From Nitrosopumilaceae archaeon (GTDB lineage: Archaea; Thermoproteota; Nitrososphaeria; Nitrososphaerales; Nitrosopumilaceae), in NCBI GenBank assembly GCA_965214835.1, contig CBDCCK010000002.1:2880001-2944000 (forward strand): a stretch of 64,000 bases of DNA, written 5' to 3'. Positions within the stretch are counted from its first letter, which is position 1. Each line of letters begins with the position of its first letter. The notes below the pieces were generated by a model, which worked only from the letters and a program-made list of their open reading frames with translations, did no database searches and was not told where the DNA came from. Shown here piece by piece: positions 20,136 to 29,653 of this stretch. The translations under genes were made by a program, and so were the position numbers.

Positions 20136-21650
20136 TCATGACGCCTGCTTTTCAGAGAGGGTCTTTTTGAGCATGATTCGGTTGATGCCGTCAATGACTG
20201 CCTGGACGCTGGTCGTGACAATGTCCTCGCCTACGGCCTTGGCAGATGCCTTGTTTCTGGCAGCGTCCTCGACCTTGATGGTCACCTCGCACATTGCGCT
20301 GGAGCCACCCGAGATCGAGGCCAGTCCGTAGTCTTTGATCCTGACCTCGGCAATCTCCCCGGTGATCTTCTGGATTGCGTTGAGGGCAGCATCGACGGGC
20401 CCTACGCCATAGTCTGTGGCAGTAAAGTCCTTGCCGTCTATGTTCAGCCTGACAAACGCATACGGCATTGTTCCGATTCCCGTCGAGACCGAAAAGCCGA
20501 CTAGGTGCACGAGACGCTTGATTCCCTTGTCGCCTAGGATCTCACTTGCAATGGAGAGCAGCTCCACGTCAGTTACCTGCCTTCCTTGGTCGCCCAACGA
20601 CTTTACCCTTTCAAGGATTTTGCCTCCCTGCGCGTCGTCTGGCCTTATCCCGTACTCCCCAAGCATGGCGTTCATCCCGTGCAGGCCTGCATGCTTGCCG
20701 ACCTGCAGCCACCTCTTGCGCCCGACCAGTTCGGGGCTGATCGGCTCGTAGGTCAGCGGGTTGCTGAGGACGCCGTGGGTGTGAATGCCCGACTCGTGCC
20801 CGAACGCATTGTCGCCCACGATTGCCTTGTTTGCCTGGACGGATATCCCGACAAGCTTTGAGACGAATCTGGAGACCTCATAAATTAGCTGGGAGTGGAT
20901 GTTTGTCTCGTATTTCTGCCCAAAGGGCAGGCACTGCAGTCCCATTACAAGCTCCTCAAGGGACGCGTTGCCTGCGCGCTCGCCTATGCCGTTGATTGTC
21001 ACGTGCGCGCATGCGGCCCCGGCCTGGATTCCGGAGATGGCGTTTGCGACTGCAAGCCCAAAATCGTTGTGGCAGTGGACGCTGACGGGGAGCCCTGCGG
21101 CATCGATTGCGTCCCTCGTGATTTGTGCGATATGCTCCGGGGTGGAGTACCCTACGGTGTCAGGAATGTCTACCCTGTCGGCCCCGGCCCCTGCGACCTC
21201 GCCGAAAACCTTCTTCAAAAAGTCCCTGTCGGTCCGCGTCGCATCCTCGGCCGAGAACTCTACCTGCAGTCCGTGGGACTTGCCGTACTCTACTGCCTCG
21301 ACGGCCTTTGCCAGGCACTCGTCGCGGCTCATGTGCAGCTTGTGCTCCAGGTGGATGTCAGAGGTCGCAATGAACGTGTGGATATAGTCCAGCCCCCCGT
21401 CGATTGCAGCGTCGATGTCCCTCTTGGTGGTCCTTGCAAGGCCACAGACCTCAGCACCGAGGCCCTCGGCTGTGATCATCTTGACTGCCCTGAGCTCGCC
21501 AGAGGAGATTACCGGAAACCCGGCCTCTATGGCATCGACTCCCAGCTCGTCCAGCTTTTTTGCAATGTCCAGCTTTTGCTCCGGCGACAGGGATACGCCG
21601 GGCGTCTGCTCGCCGTCCCGCAGGGTGGTATCAAAGACCCTGACCCTCAT
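20136..21650 (-). CDS. leuA: 2-isopropylmalate synthase (LeuA/CimA family)
   Basis: DTTLRDGEQ, HCHNDFGLA, GERAGN and a regulatory domain. Confidence 0.9.
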   Translation of the reverse strand: MRVRVFDTTLRDGEQTPGVSLSPEQKLDIAKKLDELGVDAIEAGFPVISSGELRAVKMITAEGLGAEVCGLARTTKRDIDAAIDGGLDYIHTFIATSDIHLEHKLHMSRDECLAKAVEAVEYGKSHGLQVEFSAEDATRTDRDFLKKVFGEVAGAGADRVDIPDTVGYSTPEHIAQITRDAIDAAGLPVSVHCHNDFGLAVANAISGIQAGAACAHVTINGIGERAGNASLEELVMGLQCLPFGQKYETNIHSQLIYEVSRFVSKLVGISVQANKAIVGDNAFGHESGIHTHGVLSNPLTYEPISPELVGRKRWLQVGKHAGLHGMNAMLGEYGIRPDDAQGGKILERVKSLGDQGRQVTDVELLSIASEILGDKGIKRLVHLVGFSVSTGIGTMPYAFVRLNIDGKDFTATDYGVGPVDAALNAIQKITGEIAEVRIKDYGLASISGGSSAMCEVTIKVEDAARNKASAKAVGEDIVTTSVQAVIDGINRIMLKKTLSEKQAS

Positions 21651-22129
21651 GCCCCGCTCCTCTGCAAGGCGGCAATCCCGGTCCTGGAGGTCTCCAGGAT
21701 TCCGAACTTCTTGGCAAGATCCTCAAAGGCCTTGATCTGATCCGGGGTCGCAGTCAGCTCGACCATTATGGAGTCCTGCTTTGCGTCATGGATCTTGCCG
21801 CCATACGCGTTTGCAAGCTTGTTGATCTCCATGCTGTCCTCCGGTGACCGTACCCTGATCTTGAATATGACCAGCTCCCTGAACACGGTCTTGTGCTCGT
21901 CTAGCTGGCGCACCTCCACGGTGTCAATCATCTTGTCAAGCTGCTTTACGATTTGTTGTATATGCTTTTCATCGCCGATGGTGATAATGGTCATCCTGGA
22001 GAACTCTGGATTCTGGGTCACGCCCACAGATATGCTGTCGATGTTAAAGTTACGGGAACGGAAGAGGTGCGTGACCTGGAACAGGATTCCAGGCTTGTTT
22101 TCAACCAGTAATGAGAGAATCGCCCACAT
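21647..22129 (-). CDS. ilvN: Acetolactate synthase small subunit
   Basis: ACT domain LVENKPGIL...RNFNIDSISVG. Confidence 0.93.
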   Translation of the reverse strand: MWAILSLLVENKPGILFQVTHLFRSRNFNIDSISVGVTQNPEFSRMTIITIGDEKHIQQIVKQLDKMIDTVEVRQLDEHKTVFRELVIFKIRVRSPEDSMEINKLANAYGGKIHDAKQDSIMVELTATPDQIKAFEDLAKKFGILETSRTGIAALQRSGA

Positions 22130-22137
22130 GATAACCA

Positions 22138-23826
22138 CTAAGACGGCAGTATCATCTCCTTCAGGGAGGTTCCGGGGGCCACGAACGGCAGCACGTCCTC
22201 CTCGGGATCTATGGGTATGTCAATTACGGTGGCAACATCGCTGCCCAGCGCGGTCCTGATTGCACCCCCAAGCTCGTCAAGGGACTGTGCGCGTATGCCC
22301 TGGGCGCCATAGGACTCTGCAAGCTTTACATAGTCAGGACAGTGCTGCTGATCCACGCCAATCATCCGCCTGTCATAGAAGGTTCTCTGCCACTGCGCGA
22401 CCATCCCCAGGGTGTAGTTGTTGACGAGGAACACGATTACGGGAATGTCCTCGGTGATGCAGGTCGCAAGCGAGTTCTCCGTCATGTTAAAGCTGCCGTC
22501 CCCCGCAATGTCGACTACGGGAACGTCGGGCCTTGCCACCTTGGCGCCGATGGCTGCAGGAAACCCCCAGCCCATGGTGCCCAGTCCGGTAGAGCTAAAG
22601 AAGGTCCCCGGGGTGATCACGTCATAGAACAGCGACGCCCACATCTGGTGCTGGCCCACCTCGGTGGTGATGATTGCCTCCTTGGGAAGCAGCTCCCTCA
22701 GCTTTCGCAGAATCTTGGCTGCCCCCAGCTCCCCGGGGTGAATCTTGAGGTTCTCGCGCCAATAGTCCTTTACCTCCCTGACATGCCGTATCCATGCGTT
22801 GTCATCTGTGTGTTTTATTGCCTGCTGTGCCAGCATCTTTATCATCACGCGCAGCGATGCACGCACGTCTCCTACGACTGCCACCTGCGTGGTCTGGTTC
22901 TTGCCTATTTCGGCCGGATCTACATCAAGATGGATGATCTTCAGGTTCCTTTCAAACTCCTCGAACGTTCCCACAGACCTGTCAGAGAAGCGGGTTCCGA
23001 TTGCCAGGACGCAGTCGGCCTCACTCATTAGCTTGTTTGCCTCCGCATGCCCATGCATGCCAATCGGCCCCAGTGACAGTGGGTGGCTCTCGGGAAATGC
23101 GCCCTTGCCCTTGAAGGTAGTCACGACTGGAATCACCAGCAGCTCTGCGATTGCCTGCAGTTCTGCAAACGCAGACGAGATGATTGTGCCGCCGCCTGCC
23201 AGTATCATCGGCTTGTCAGAGGATAGCAGTATCTTGATTGCCTTTTCAATGTTGGCAATGTCGGGATCTGTCCACGGATGATAGCCGCGAATCTTAAACT
23301 CCTCTGGAAAGCTCATCTGTGCCTCGTTTTGCTGCACGTCCTTTGGTATGTCAAGCAGTACGGGTCCGGGTCTTCCGGTCTCTGCGATGTAAAACCCCTT
23401 TTTGACGACCTCTGGAATCTCCTGGGCCGATCTGGGCTGGAACGCGTACTTTACGACAGGGTTGGCCATCCCGATGATGTCGCTTTCCTGAAACGCGTCA
23501 CGGCCGATCATGCCTACCGGAACCTGTCCGGTTACTGCGATCATCGGGGAGGAGTCGGCCTGCGCAGTGGCAATGCCGGTCAGTATGTTGGTGGCGCCGG
23601 GCCCGGACGTTGCAAAGCAGACTCCCGGCCTCCTGCTTACCCTGCCGAACCCGTCGGCCATGTGTGCCGCAGACTGCTCGTGTCTGACAAGTATGTGCCG
23701 TATGTCTGACTTGTATAGCTCGTCATACATGGGAAGGTTGGCCCCCCCGGGCAGTCCAAAGACCTCCCTGACGCCCTCCTTTTGCATGGCCCTCATCAGG
23801 GCGGCCGCGCCAGACATTGTTTCCAT
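22138..23826 (-). CDS. ilvB: Acetolactate synthase large subunit
   Basis: FGLPGGA, RHEQSAAHMADG, TSGPGATN, GDGSFNM. Confidence 0.95.
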   Translation of the reverse strand: METMSGAAALMRAMQKEGVREVFGLPGGANLPMYDELYKSDIRHILVRHEQSAAHMADGFGRVSRRPGVCFATSGPGATNILTGIATAQADSSPMIAVTGQVPVGMIGRDAFQESDIIGMANPVVKYAFQPRSAQEIPEVVKKGFYIAETGRPGPVLLDIPKDVQQNEAQMSFPEEFKIRGYHPWTDPDIANIEKAIKILLSSDKPMILAGGGTIISSAFAELQAIAELLVIPVVTTFKGKGAFPESHPLSLGPIGMHGHAEANKLMSEADCVLAIGTRFSDRSVGTFEEFERNLKIIHLDVDPAEIGKNQTTQVAVVGDVRASLRVMIKMLAQQAIKHTDDNAWIRHVREVKDYWRENLKIHPGELGAAKILRKLRELLPKEAIITTEVGQHQMWASLFYDVITPGTFFSSTGLGTMGWGFPAAIGAKVARPDVPVVDIAGDGSFNMTENSLATCITEDIPVIVFLVNNYTLGMVAQWQRTFYDRRMIGVDQQHCPDYVKLAESYGAQGIRAQSLDELGGAIRTALGSDVATVIDIPIDPEEDVLPFVAPGTSLKEMILPS

Positions 23827-23999
23827 GTTACCCATCAAACATCATCGCCATAATTTTAATGTGTTATAAAACAAAAATACACTGCCTACAGTGTAAAATC
23901 AGCCAGCAGAAAAAGTGGTGCGCTAGTTTTGATATCTACGTTCATTCTAACCATATTTTTGGCTTGAAGTTGCCTAATAAAGATTGCTGGATGAGGGAC

Positions 24000-25509
24000 G
24001 TACGAGGTCACCTAGTTTTGACGTGTTTTGACAACCTGCTTAACATATTGCGATCATGCTGATCAAATACGATGCCCGTATAGTATCAGCATGAAAGGCC
24101 GTCGACCCACATACCGCGAACTAGAGGCCACAATTGTATCATTCACAGACAGAATAAGCACGCTAGAAAATAACCAAAAGGCAGCGAACAGGACAATCGA
24201 GGAGCAAGGCAGGCGGCTCCGGTACTACGAGAACGAGAACTCCCACCATCTGCAGAATCACTAGAGTACAAGAGGCAAAAGACGCAGCGGAAAAGGGAGA
24301 GGGCCAGTAACCGTGGCAACGGCAGCAATAGTGGCAACAATAATGGCACCGGCAAAAAGCCGGGAGGCCAGAGGGGCCACAAGGGGACATCCAGAAGACA
24401 CGACCCCCAGAAGACGGTGCTTCACACGTTCTAGGACAACGACGGGACGTGCTCGCCGGTGTGCAGGTGCGGGAGGGCCATGGACATAACTGCCCTGATA
24501 CGGGACATCATCGACTTTGAACCGGTCCGGATGACAGAGACGCGACACATAACCGAGCGTGCCACATGCAGACTGTGCGGCATTACGATATCAGCAGACG
24601 ACGGACTCCCAAGGAGGGGCAGGTACGGCAAGCACATGATCTCCCTTGTGTCTGCCTTGCGCGCAAGGCACATGCCGCTGCAGTCCGTGGCAGACACGCT
24701 CAAGGATTTTACCGGCAGGAGCATCGCCAAATCGACCGTAATCAACATGATCGGAGGGGTATGCGACTCTATGCAAAAGCCGTCAGGCGCGATCCTGGGC
24801 GGCATCAAGAGATCATCCAACGTCAGAATAGACGAGACTGCGGCCAGCATGAACGGCAGCCGCATATGGACATGGACTGCCGAGACGGACAACGGCGTGT
24901 TTGTCGAGTACAATACGAGCAGAGGCGCACTGTTCCTGGACAGGCACATGGAGGGGTATGGTGGAATAGTGACATCTGACAAGTATTCGGTGTATGACAG
25001 GTTCAACGGGGAGGACAGGCACCAGCTGTGCTGGTCGCACGAGCTGCGCGTATCAAAATACGCGGCGCAAAAGCAGGGCGCCCCGCTGTTTGCGGGAATA
25101 CTGTACGAGCAGCTTCGGCAGCTGTACCGCAGCGCCGTCAGGGCAAGGAGGAAGGACAGGGGCAAGGATCTGCGCAGAAGGTTCGAGTCCTGGCTGCGCA
25201 ACATACTGTTCGGGTACCGGGAAAGCACGGACGACCCCGTCCTGGGCCCGGTACTGCGCAGACTGACAAGCTCGCTGCCGCACCTGTTTACGTTCCTGGA
25301 GCACGACGGCGTGCATCCCACAAACAACGCCGCAGAGCGTGCCCTCCGTTACGCCGTCGTCTTCCGCAAGATAAGCGGGCAGATCAAGGGAGGGGAACTC
25401 TGGATGAGGAGGTGGTCGCAGTTTATGACGTGCATACTGACATGGAGGGCAAGGGGAAGATCCATAGCAGACGAGGTCATGAAACTGGTTTAGGAACGTG
25501 ACCTCGTAC
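24000..25509 (+). mobile_element. IS66-family element, transposase 24091-25493 with frameshifts; probable partner of MITE B
   Basis: TIR GTACGAGGTCAC / GTGACCTCGTAC; RIDETA, TSDKY, QLCWSHELR, PTNNAAERALR. Confidence 0.88.
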
Positions 25510-25719
25510 GCGTGCAGAGCCATGGGTGGACAGGGGTACTACCTCGGGGGGTGATCCGTGGCGTACATTTTCAGGTATTGATGGTAGGGAGATTGTCCGA
25601 TTTTTCCCGCCTGCACGTCTGCCCCAAATATGGGTGACATCTAGAAGGGTTGACAGACAGCCAACCCCGTGTGAGAGGCTGACGAAAACTTAAAGCGATT
25701 CAATCTGGAAAAGGCATAG

Positions 25720-26124
25720 ATGTCAGAAAACGAGCAGGTCATCAGGGTCATTGAGGCATTCTTTGATGCAGGAAAAACAAAGGATCTTGCGCCGCTAAGG
25801 GAAATCCAGCTGGATGACCCAAGGTTCTCAAGCTTTAGCGATGTTCCGCCATACGACCTAAAGGACTTTAAGACATCGATTGTGCTAGAGGAGCTAAGAT
25901 TTGTCAGCATCTCAGATTATGACTATCAGATAACCAATCCAAGGATCAGCATATTCGGTGATACTGCCATCGCAGCCTTTGAGCTGATGCAGAAGGGAAT
26001 GCTGGTAGACACCAAAACATACACGGGAGAGCACATGGTGATCAACGGCAGGGCGACGTTTGTCTTGGTCAGGTCAGACGGATGGAAGATTGCACACATC
26101 CACCTCTCAAGGAGCGACGGCTAG
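25720..26124 (+). CDS. SnoaL/NTF2-like domain protein
   Basis: GDTAIA...GRATFVLV...WKIAHIHLS. Confidence 0.8.
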   Translation: MSENEQVIRVIEAFFDAGKTKDLAPLREIQLDDPRFSSFSDVPPYDLKDFKTSIVLEELRFVSISDYDYQITNPRISIFGDTAIAAFELMQKGMLVDTKTYTGEHMVINGRATFVLVRSDGWKIAHIHLSRSDG

Positions 26125-26147
26125 ATGGGGCCCGTGCCCGGTTTTCG

Positions 26148-26978
26148 CTATGCTGCCGAATCGCCGCCAGGCTTGCCTAGCCTTTGTGGCTTTTCCTGCG
26201 CAGATAGGCTTTGGTACATGGAATACGCCTCATCCACGGTAGCGTTGCTGTGAACGATTGACCTGACTGCACGAATCATCGCTACGGGGTGATCAGATTG
26301 CCATATGTTTCGCCCCATATCCACACCGACTGCACCTCCCCTGATTGCGTTGTAGGTCAGCTGCATCGCATCACGCTCGGGGATTTTTTTGCCTCCCGCA
26401 ACGATTATCGGAACGGGGCAAGAGTCTACAACCCCCTCAAAGCCATCGCAATAGTACGTCTTTACAATGTGTGCGCCCTGCTCTGCTGCCATCCTGCATG
26501 CAAGCGACAGATACCTTGCGTCCTTGCCAAGCTCCTTTCCCACGGCAGTCACTGCAAGGACGGGAAGTCCGTAGCGCTCTGCCTCGCCGACAAGATTTCC
26601 CAGATTAACAACTGTCTGATACTCGTATTTTGAGCCGACAAACATCGACATTGCCAGTGCGCTTGCGTTGACGCGTAATGCGTCCTCTATGCTGACTGTA
26701 ATGTCTTCGCGGGACAAGTCCTCGCCAATGATGCTAGAGCCTCCGGAGACGCGAAGCACCATCGGAACCGGAGTTTTTGGATCCACGCAGTTTCTCTGTA
26801 TGCCTCTCGTCAGCATCAGGGAGTCGCAGTACTTTAGCAGTGGCGAGATTGTCTTTGCCGCATTCTCCAGCCTCTCGGTCGGACCGAGGAAATAACCGTG
26901 ATCCACTGCAAGCATCAGAGCTCGTCGGTCATGTGGCTTGATTATACCTGCAATCCTGTTTTGTAGACCCCAGCTCAT
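26148..26978 (-). CDS. lsrF: Class I DhnA/LsrF-type aldolase/thiolase
   Basis: MLAVDHGYFLGP, AAEQGAHIVKTYY, AGGKK, GVDMGRNIWQ. Confidence 0.85.
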   Translation of the reverse strand: MSWGLQNRIAGIIKPHDRRALMLAVDHGYFLGPTERLENAAKTISPLLKYCDSLMLTRGIQRNCVDPKTPVPMVLRVSGGSSIIGEDLSREDITVSIEDALRVNASALAMSMFVGSKYEYQTVVNLGNLVGEAERYGLPVLAVTAVGKELGKDARYLSLACRMAAEQGAHIVKTYYCDGFEGVVDSCPVPIIVAGGKKIPERDAMQLTYNAIRGGAVGVDMGRNIWQSDHPVAMIRAVRSIVHSNATVDEAYSMYQSLSAQEKPQRLGKPGGDSAA

Positions 26979-27044
26979 CTATCTTCGATTCTGAAGGAGT
27001 GGTGCGCCTTTCTTAAGCCTTTCTTATTTTGGGAACTGGAAAGT

Positions 27045-28193
27045 TTACGGTAGATGATTCTCTCTGGAAAGCATAGGTAGATCGGATTTGGCGGCATTCT
27101 GGATTATGGTCTTCCACTTGTTGTCTCCCTGAATCCTGATTCCGGCCCTGTCGGCAGGCGTGTCGCCGTCAAGGCCCTGATGCGGGCGGACGTAGTTGTG
27201 GTGGATCTGCATTCCCTTGAAAATTGCAGAGTCGTCTCTTTTGACCCCACGGACCACCTTTTCTCTGGCTCTTAACGTGTTGCCGTTGAATGACTCCATC
27301 TGGTTGTTGTTCATGTCGCCGGAGATGTGGATGTGCCTGTGGTGTTCCGTGTCCTTGTGGAGGAGGTTCTTGGGCCTGTACTGATCCTTCCACGCATGGT
27401 GAAAGTTGGCAGCCCCATCAGAGATCAGCGTCCTGGGAATTTTTCCGGCCTTATTTCTCGCATACCTGAACATCGGAGACACGTCATCGTTTCCTTTGTG
27501 TTCTGCCACCATCTGTGCAAGCCAGAACCGTGTCTCGGAATCCAGCATGGCAAAGAGATACTTGCGATCCCCCTTGATTTTCAGGTACAGTTCATCGGTT
27601 CTCCATACCTCCCCCACCTGCGGCGTGATTTTTTCTAGGTATTTGTCCATGAGTCTGACGTATTTCCTGTTCCAGTTTTGGATCGTTGTGTGGGTTACCA
27701 TAATACCTGTAAGTGCCAATGATTGGGCCACTTTTCTTGAGGATTCCCCGTTAAAGTATAGATTCATGGCAACCGTTATCTGGTCCGGAGTTGCCATCAT
27801 CCTTTCAAATCCGAGATTGACTGAGAACTTTCTCTTGCAGTCGTTGCACCTGAGCATCTGGATATCGTGCTGTTTGTTGTGCCGCACGCCCATCTTTACC
27901 AGCTTTGTGGAATTGCAGTACTTGCACGAATCAAGAGTGAGTTCCGAGATTACCACATCGTCCCTGACCTCCCGGTGAATCCTGATCGAAATTTCAACTG
28001 CATGAATGTGCTTGCAACACGTCCCTCTGAACCGGTGGTCCTCGCAGGAGCAGACCCAGCCACGTTCGGTAGAGACAACATCATGCATCTTGTTCCTTGA
28101 CTGGGATCTGACTGCATAACGGGAACCGTCAAGTCTGGTGATCTGGTCCGGGGTTTCCGCTATCTGTCTTCCTCTGATCTCTCGTGGATTCAT
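27045..28193 (-). CDS. IS6-like DDE transposase with N-terminal SWIM and zinc-ribbon domains
   Basis: CSCEDH...CKHIHAV SWIM; WRTDELY, ISDGA, NNNQMESFN, HHNYVRPHQGL. Confidence 0.85.
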   Translation of the reverse strand: MNPREIRGRQIAETPDQITRLDGSRYAVRSQSRNKMHDVVSTERGWVCSCEDHRFRGTCCKHIHAVEISIRIHREVRDDVVISELTLDSCKYCNSTKLVKMGVRHNKQHDIQMLRCNDCKRKFSVNLGFERMMATPDQITVAMNLYFNGESSRKVAQSLALTGIMVTHTTIQNWNRKYVRLMDKYLEKITPQVGEVWRTDELYLKIKGDRKYLFAMLDSETRFWLAQMVAEHKGNDDVSPMFRYARNKAGKIPRTLISDGAANFHHAWKDQYRPKNLLHKDTEHHRHIHISGDMNNNQMESFNGNTLRAREKVVRGVKRDDSAIFKGMQIHHNYVRPHQGLDGDTPADRAGIRIQGDNKWKTIIQNAAKSDLPMLSRENHLP

Positions 28194-28395
28194 GCGAAGC
28201 TGACCTCACAAATTATAAGATGGGAGAATGAAGCATGTTCAGATCGTAACAAGTTCGTCAACGGGCGTCCTGTGCCCTTTGATTTTTTTCTCACCGTCGC
28301 GTCTTTCATTAACCTACATTCTTCCCTTCTTCATATAAAGGTTTAGGGAATAAAATAGGTTAAAATATTTATAAAAGTATGATCCATTCAGAATC

Positions 28396-28623
28396 ATGGC
28401 AAAGCAGGAGGTCAAGACGATTAACGGGAATGATTATCTGTATCTCACGTATTACGACAGCGAATCCAAACGGAAAAAAACAGTTTATTGCGGGCCTGAC
28501 GGTGATGCCAGCTCGAAAAGAAAGGCAATTGAGAAGGAAATTGAGCTTATTAGTTATAAGATAAAAGAGCTGCAAGGCCGCAAGAAAGAACTGCAAGAAG
28601 ATCTAAGGACGGGGGCATATTGA
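28396..28623 (+). CDS. Small putative DNA-binding protein of mobile elements
   Basis: KTINGNDYLYLTYYD...KKTVYCG resembles the N-terminus of 51275-52138; coiled-coil tail. Confidence 0.65.
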   Translation: MAKQEVKTINGNDYLYLTYYDSESKRKKTVYCGPDGDASSKRKAIEKEIELISYKIKELQGRKKELQEDLRTGAY

Positions 28624-28775
28624 AAGCGATGAGCCTGTTCAGCGGGGCAGGTGGCGGTAGTCAGCAAGGAGATGGGCAGGCGCTATCTCGGGTTTGAGAT
28701 CGCCAAGGAATACTTTGACTTTGCCAAGGAGCGCATAGAAAAGACAGGTGCGCAAGGTACCATTCAAAGAGGGAC
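28620..28775 (+). pseudogene. Chimeric DNA methyltransferase remnant (C5 N-terminus joined to N4/N6 C-terminus)
   Basis: TTG start gives MKAMSLFSGAGG; a shifted frame gives VVSKEMGRRYLGFEIAKEYFDFAKERIEK. Confidence 0.7.
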
Positions 28776-29205
28776 TACGCGGTAATGATAGGCGACGAGT
28801 CCTCGTTCATACTGGGATGGAACGTCAGGAACAGCTGGTACCCCGTAGGAAAGCCGGTCTGCACGCCATCCAGCCTGTCAGACCTATGTGCCTGACGTAA
28901 TTTTGCACAGGGACTCTGAGGTGGGAAAGCCGGTCTGCACGCCATCCAGCCTGTCAGGGAGGAGGTACTGTGCAATAGGGGCCCTCCCAAGGAGCGGGTT
29001 TGACTGCAGCTTTTACGAAAAGGCCGACACGGACACGTTCTTTGACTTTCTCAAGGCGCTGTGCCGCAAGTACGGCAGGGTGTGCTGCTGTTCGTGGACA
29101 ACGCGTCGTACCACAGGTCGGCGGAGCTCAGGAGAAGGATGGCCGGCTGGAAGGGAGACGTGGTGATAAGGCACCTGCCGCCGTACACGCCGGAGCTGAA
29201 CAACA
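28770..29205 (+). pseudogene. IS630 transposase fragment carrying a 37-bp duplication plus 39-bp insert
   Basis: Homologous to 12860-13210; repeat at 28845-28881 and 28921-28957. Confidence 0.85.
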
Positions 29206-29653
29206 CGTCGTGGTCCCCCGCAAGGGCGGCTGCTTGGGCTACCTCCTTCTGGTTGCGTGGGTTCTGTATCCCGAGATAGTACATCAGTGTGCTTGTATCA
29301 AATGATATCAACAGGTCTGTGTTCTTTACAGGCATTAGAAGCCAGCCCCTTCAAGGGTGGAATGTATGGAGAAATTCTTCTTAAGCACATGATATGTTTA
29401 GCTTCCATGGGCTATAAGGATAAACTCACATGCGGCACCTCCGGCGATGGCAACAACGATTCCGATCCATACGACGTTCTCCTTTGTTATCTGTACCATT
29501 TGAATCTGCAAATTCGTTTTGCATATAAACACGCAAATCGGTGGCGCGCGTGGGATCATGTCCCAGCGTGGAATGGAACCGTTGGTTATGGCGTGTTAAC
29601 TTCCATGTGAGTCAGAATAAACGTAGTACAGCTAGCCTTGATAGGAAAACATA

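Noticed and set aside
19116-23869. Many plus-strand ORFs over the ilv/leu operon
   Set aside because: Antisense shadows of well-supported GC-rich genes.
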